From a bacterium (GTDB lineage Bacteria > Muiribacteriota > UBA6191), in assembly GCA_036339875.1 (NCBI GenBank), contig JAYZAC010000015.1:1-10074 (forward strand): 10,074 nt of DNA, written 5' to 3'. Below are positions 5,958 through 10,074 of the stretch, in pieces. The notes beneath the pieces are model-generated. The model did not search any database. It was not told the DNA's origin and worked only from the letters and a program-made list of their open reading frames with translations. Numbering within the stretch: position 1 is the stretch's first letter; every line of letters starts with the position of its first letter. The position numbers and the translations under genes are program-made.

Positions 5958-8900
5958 ATGCTTGAATTTATTAAAATTTTCCTTCGTCTAAACTTAATTT
6001 TCCTGATCACTGTTGGGACTAATTGGTCAAATCCTCCTCAAGTCAGTTTTGATACCACCAGTCCGCAACAGCTAAATATTCTTACTCAAAATCGATTCAT
6101 TCTAACTGCTACTGCTATTGACAATGAACCTGTCATATTCAACTGGAGTTTCCAATCTATTCCAACTGAGCTCAATGGAAATTCGCCTCAATTATCAATC
6201 ATTCCATTATCAACAACGCAACAAAGAGTTGAATTCCAAATTGATCAAGAAGGTCAATACATTCTTCAGCTAATTGTTGATGATCAAGATGGAGATCCCC
6301 TGACTCAAGCTAGTCAAATCATGATCATTGATGCTGTTCTTTCACAGACTTTCTTTGTTTCTAACTCAGGAGATGACAATATTAGTCTTGAGGCCATAAG
6401 TATTGACACTCCATTAAAGACAATTGATAAGGCAATGTCATTAGCTGGACCTGGAGATACAATAATACTGTTGACCGATTCAGTGAGTACTCCCGCGCCA
6501 ACAACTTTCCTAGTTAATACAATAAATTTTACGGCGACTGGAACGGATGTTAACCCTATTAATATAAGAGGAAGTAATCAAAATTTAATTACCTTAAAAC
6601 CAATAGGAAGTAATATTGGGTTTAGCATCATCGACCGAACCAACATCAATATCAGTGATTTAATATTTGAAGGCTTCTCCTTAGCTGCAATTTCTTTAAC
6701 CACAGCAAGCGACATAATCATCGATTCTTGTAGATTTCATAAGAATAATATTGGAATTAGCATTGAACAAAGTAATGACACGACTCTTAATGCAAATCTT
6801 ATTTATGACAATACAACTGGAATACGAGTTAGCGAATCTAACAATATAGCTCTTAGGAACAGTTACATCTATCGTAATTCAGATTATGGCTACAGAATAC
6901 TTAATCAAGGTCAAACCTCAATCAACAACAGCGTTCACAGTAACTCGTTTTATGATAATGGTACAATTTTCGATGAAACTACTCAGCATGCCGCCATAAA
7001 CATGGGTAATAACGACAAGAATTCAGTTCGATTTAATTTAATGGTCAATAACATTAAGGATTATTATCAAGACAATAATATCTATCAGACTGAATTAAAT
7101 TCAAATTTATCTTTCCTTAATGTAGGTATTCAAAGACAAGAGTCATTTTTGATTCCAAATGCTGCAGCAGACTGGCTTATTGAAGATCCCCTCTTAAAGG
7201 ATCCTGAGAATGGTGATTTGAGACTTTTAGAGGGCTCTCCGGCATTATCTCGAGTAGAAATAAATGATGGAAATCTTTCCAACATTGGAGCTTTCCAAGG
7301 AACTCCGGCCACGAATATTTCCACGCGAACTATCTTTGTCGACTTCGATCAAGCAAGTAATAGTTTAATACAAAACGGACAATCAGGTAGTCCTTATGAC
7401 TCGATCAATAAAGCCCTGATAGATGCTAATGCGGGCGATACTATAGAAGTTACAGCTAGTCAGCAAAAAGACTACACAATAGATTTCGACAATTTACAGT
7501 CTAATGTTCCTGGATGGGGTACGGTAAAAATTCTGGGAAGAAATAAACCAATAAATAACTTGAACATACCACCTAAATTAAGCTGCTTTCAAACGAACGG
7601 AAACGTTCTTGAATTGATCTCCAAACGATATCTAATTATCAATAATTTCGTATTAACTGGTTTCAAGACAAATAACAATATCGAGGTGTCCGACCAATGC
7701 TTAAATGGAGCATATATTAGAGACAGCCGTCATATCGAATTGAAAAATATTATCAGCCACGGAATGTTTAATGCTGGAATAGTCGTTGACTCATCCGAAA
7801 AGGTAAAAATTCAGTCTACTGTTTTACATGACAATACTTTTGCAATGGAGCTTGATAGTAATATTAGTCGTAATCAATTTAACTATTTTAATAAACTTAC
7901 AATTTCAAACAATCTGAATGGTGTAAGCATTCAGAATAGTTTTAACACCACTTTGATAAATTCAATTTTCTACAATAATTCAAACTGCTTATCACCTGAT
8001 CCAAGTAATCCACCAACTAATTTTATTATTAAATACTCTCTATGTAATCAGAGTGGAGTAATATCCAATTTTTTCTTAGATCCGCAAAGTAATAATAAAA
8101 CTGGATTCGGTACAGCTTTCAATCCATTTTTTATTAGTGAAGATAGTACATATCAAAAAACAAACCCTTGGAAAGCATTTTTACTAAAAGCTACTAGTAC
8201 AACTATTTCACCTGCTCTAAATTCCGGTCAACCAGATTACCCCGAACATTTAGTCCTGAAAGAATTCGGCCTCCCTTTAGACACTAATCCCCCAATCTTG
8301 AGTACCAAAGATGTTACTGGCGTAATAGATATGGGGGCATTTGAACAATCTCGAACCGACGTTGATGGCGATGGAATTAATAATATTATCGATGGAACTT
8401 TAGGTTTGGACCCTAACGATCAATTTGATGCAAATGCTGATTTTGATAACGATACTCTTAGTAACTTATTTGAGCTAAGTAGCAATCCTCCAACTAGCAT
8501 AAATAGTGCTGACACTGATAATGATGGTTTCAGTGATGGTGTAGAGGTTGGAATAGGCAGTGACCCAACTGTTGATGATTCAGCTTTTATTATTTCTCAG
8601 GTTCCAAAACCTGTAATTCTGCCTCATGTAACGGATCTACCACCCAGCGTCTTTAATTTATCTGGAATGGAGCTAAATGGTAAAGCTGTGAATAACAAAT
8701 GGATCTTATTAAGCGCCCCTGTAGGTATTGATGAAGCAGATATTTTCTTGAGTGAAAATTTCCAAGATCTTACAGTTCAAGCTACCATCCCCGGTCAATA
8801 TGTAATTGGACTTGATCAACAGCTAGTACCAAGCGTGAGCGGCACAATACCGCTCGGCTCACTTGAAGAGGATAGATCTATAACAACTATTACTATTCAA

Positions 8901-10074
8901 GATGTACCTCCTACTCCCATTTTAGCTCCACCTGTTACTGTTGCTTACACTCCAGGGCGGGTCATATATTTCTATGGAAGTCCAGACATAATCGAAAATC
9001 CTTCTTTCGACTCTAATGGATCATCTATAATATCCTATGAGTGGGTTCAAACTAGTCCAAAATCATCTGAACCAAATCTAATATCAGTGGCGGATCCAAC
9101 TCCAAGTATGGTTGTTCCAAACCGTTCCGCAATTTACGAATGGAAACTAAGAGTTAGTAGCAGTGGACCTTCGGGTATTCAAAGTAGCATCTCTGAAGAT
9201 TCAATAAAAATACAAGTTCAAGGAAATCAATACTCTCTTCCAATAGCACAAGCCGGAGAGGATTCTTTTGTAATGACTCAAAATATTAATCAATTGAATG
9301 GAAGCGGCTCTGGGGATAGAGAAAATACAGATCTTCAATACTATTGGAGACAGACTAAAGGGTCTCCGGTACAATTTGTTAATTCTTCAATATGTCCTTT
9401 GGATGTATTTGAACCCAGCAGCTTAGCAACTGACACCACAACATGTACAACTACTCAAATATCCGAATATTTCTCCAGCTTTGCGGGGGTAGTAGAATTC
9501 GAATTAGTTGTGAGTAAGAATTTTGGAGGTTTAAATCATTTTAGCCAACCAGATACGGTCACACACATTATTGATTCGCCAACAAATGCAGTACCACAGG
9601 CTGTAGCTAGCGCACCTGATATAGGGTTTAAAGATACTATTGTTACATTAGATGGTAGTAGCTCTGCAGATCGACCAGCTGCTATTGGTGCCGGTATCTC
9701 AAGTACTCTGAACTTTAATTGGAAGCAAGTTTCGGGACCATCAGTATATTTAGAAACTACGACAATCTCGCAATTGCAATTCACTCCCATTGTGGAAGGG
9801 TTTTATACGTTTAGTTTGGAAGTAGAAGATTCTGAAGGAATAATTAGTAAACCCAAAATCATCCAACTAAGAGTCGATCGACAAGATTTTTTTCTTCCTA
9901 CAGCGAACGCAGGTCAAGATCAAAATGGTTTAGTAAACCGAACCATATTACTTGATGGTTCGACAAGTACGGGAGGTAGTAGTCAGTTAATCAATTATTT
10001 CTGGAAACAAACCGGAGGACCAGAAACAGTTAATCTGAGTAATAGCAATGCATCTAGTACAAGTTTCTCGCCTA
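5958..10074 (+). CDS. Large secreted/surface protein (>1372 aa, partial): Ig/PKD-like domain, two right-handed beta-helix modules, Ca-binding TSP3-like repeats, multiple PKD domains
   Basis: Frame 3 is open from ATG 5958 (first ATG after TAA 5865) to the window end, so it is absent from the ORF track. My translation: MLEFIKIFLRLNLIFLITVGTNWSNPPQ (signal-like); FFVSNSGDD...TPLKTIDKAMSLAGPGDTIIL; Asn-ladder repeats (NANLIYDNTTGIRV, NSYIYRNSDYG); DVDGDG and DTDNDGFSDGVE; PTANAGQDQ...LLDGSTS...YFWKQTGGP. Confidence 0.93.
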   Translation, partial: MLEFIKIFLRLNLIFLITVGTNWSNPPQVSFDTTSPQQLNILTQNRFILTATAIDNEPVIFNWSFQSIPTELNGNSPQLSIIPLSTTQQRVEFQIDQEGQYILQLIVDDQDGDPLTQASQIMIIDAVLSQTFFVSNSGDDNISLEAISIDTPLKTIDKAMSLAGPGDTIILLTDSVSTPAPTTFLVNTINFTATGTDVNPINIRGSNQNLITLKPIGSNIGFSIIDRTNINISDLIFEGFSLAAISLTTASDIIIDSCRFHKNNIGISIEQSNDTTLNANLIYDNTTGIRVSESNNIALRNSYIYRNSDYGYRILNQGQTSINNSVHSNSFYDNGTIFDETTQHAAINMGNNDKNSVRFNLMVNNIKDYYQDNNIYQTELNSNLSFLNVGIQRQESFLIPNAAADWLIEDPLLKDPENGDLRLLEGSPALSRVEINDGNLSNIGAFQGTPATNISTRTIFVDFDQASNSLIQNGQSGSPYDSINKALIDANAGDTIEVTASQQKDYTIDFDNLQSNVPGWGTVKILGRNKPINNLNIPPKLSCFQTNGNVLELISKRYLIINNFVLTGFKTNNNIEVSDQCLNGAYIRDSRHIELKNIISHGMFNAGIVVDSSEKVKIQSTVLHDNTFAMELDSNISRNQFNYFNKLTISNNLNGVSIQNSFNTTLINSIFYNNSNCLSPDPSNPPTNFIIKYSLCNQSGVISNFFLDPQSNNKTGFGTAFNPFFISEDSTYQKTNPWKAFLLKATSTTISPALNSGQPDYPEHLVLKEFGLPLDTNPPILSTKDVTGVIDMGAFEQSRTDVDGDGINNIIDGTLGLDPNDQFDANADFDNDTLSNLFELSSNPPTSINSADTDNDGFSDGVEVGIGSDPTVDDSAFIISQVPKPVILPHVTDLPPSVFNLSGMELNGKAVNNKWILLSAPVGIDEADIFLSENFQDLTVQATIPGQYVIGLDQQLVPSVSGTIPLGSLEEDRSITTITIQDVPPTPILAPPVTVAYTPGRVIYFYGSPDIIENPSFDSNGSSIISYEWVQTSPKSSEPNLISVADPTPSMVVPNRSAIYEWKLRVSSSGPSGIQSSISEDSIKIQVQGNQYSLPIAQAGEDSFVMTQNINQLNGSGSGDRENTDLQYYWRQTKGSPVQFVNSSICPLDVFEPSSLATDTTTCTTTQISEYFSSFAGVVEFELVVSKNFGGLNHFSQPDTVTHIIDSPTNAVPQAVASAPDIGFKDTIVTLDGSSSADRPAAIGAGISSTLNFNWKQVSGPSVYLETTTISQLQFTPIVEGFYTFSLEVEDSEGIISKPKIIQLRVDRQDFFLPTANAGQDQNGLVNRTILLDGSTSTGGSSQLINYFWKQTGGPETVNLSNSNASSTSFSP
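6351..8345 (+). repeat. Two tandem beta-helix (pectin-lyase-fold) modules at protein level
   Basis: Module 1 (6351-7301) runs FFVS...PLKTIDKAM..AGPGDTIIL to DPLLKDPENGDLRLLEGSPA...NIGAFQ. Module 2 (7332-8345) runs IFVD...PYDSINKAL..ANAGDTIEV to SPALNSG...IDMGAFE. Confidence 0.85.
8358..8570 (+). repeat. Asp-rich calcium-binding repeats (bacterial TSP3-like, DxDxDG)
   Basis: DVDGDGINN (8358), DFDNDTLSNLFE (8439) and DTDNDGFSDGVEVGIGSDP (8511). Confidence 0.85.
8600..10074 (+). repeat. About five tandem PKD/Ig-like domains (last one truncated)
   Basis: Recurring PxAxAG...LdGsxS...Y/FxWxQxxGP...GxYxFxLxV units of ~100-115 aa starting near 8605 (degenerate), 8905, 9240 (PIAQAGED), 9591 (VPQAVASA) and 9897 (PTANAGQDQ). 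Confidence 0.85.

Noticed and set aside
5824..9626. Exact 15-bp direct repeat GCACCTGATATAGGG at 5824-5838 and 9612-9626
   Set aside because: A single 15-mer match in 10 kb is not very unlikely by chance. The second copy is in-frame coding sequence (APDIG) without the CIRCE right arm, and no integrase or transposase is present.
144..9790. Other short track ORFs (144-332, 1622-1966, 2524-2709, 3258-3497, 3936-4244, 4271-4573, 5088-5414, 5370-5564, 5392-5736, 7130-7324, 9536-9790)
   Set aside because: All lie antisense or out of frame within well-supported genes and show no motifs.

Overview
AT-rich bacterial genomic window dominated by envelope and secreted proteins, with no mobile element, CRISPR array or RNA gene visible. 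On the + strand: the 3' end of a Pro/Gly-rich gene and a signal-peptide protein with a 55% tyrosine tract and hydrophobic C-terminus, closed by an intrinsic terminator. Next come a secreted tandem-HKD phospholipase D/Nuc-family enzyme with a long C-terminal extension, an M16B zinc peptidase and a translationally coupled secreted hypothetical protein. On the - strand is a stand-alone PspA/IM30 gene with a Vipp1-like tail, its own terminator, and a sigma70-type promoter overlapped by a CIRCE-like operator. From 5958 to the window end runs a >1372-aa surface protein missing from the ORF track (Ig-like domain, two beta-helix modules, Ca-binding TSP3-like repeats, PKD repeats). I cannot show that these genes form one new system. 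The best leads are the Tyr-rich protein and its operon, possible HrcA control of pspA, and the giant modular surface protein.
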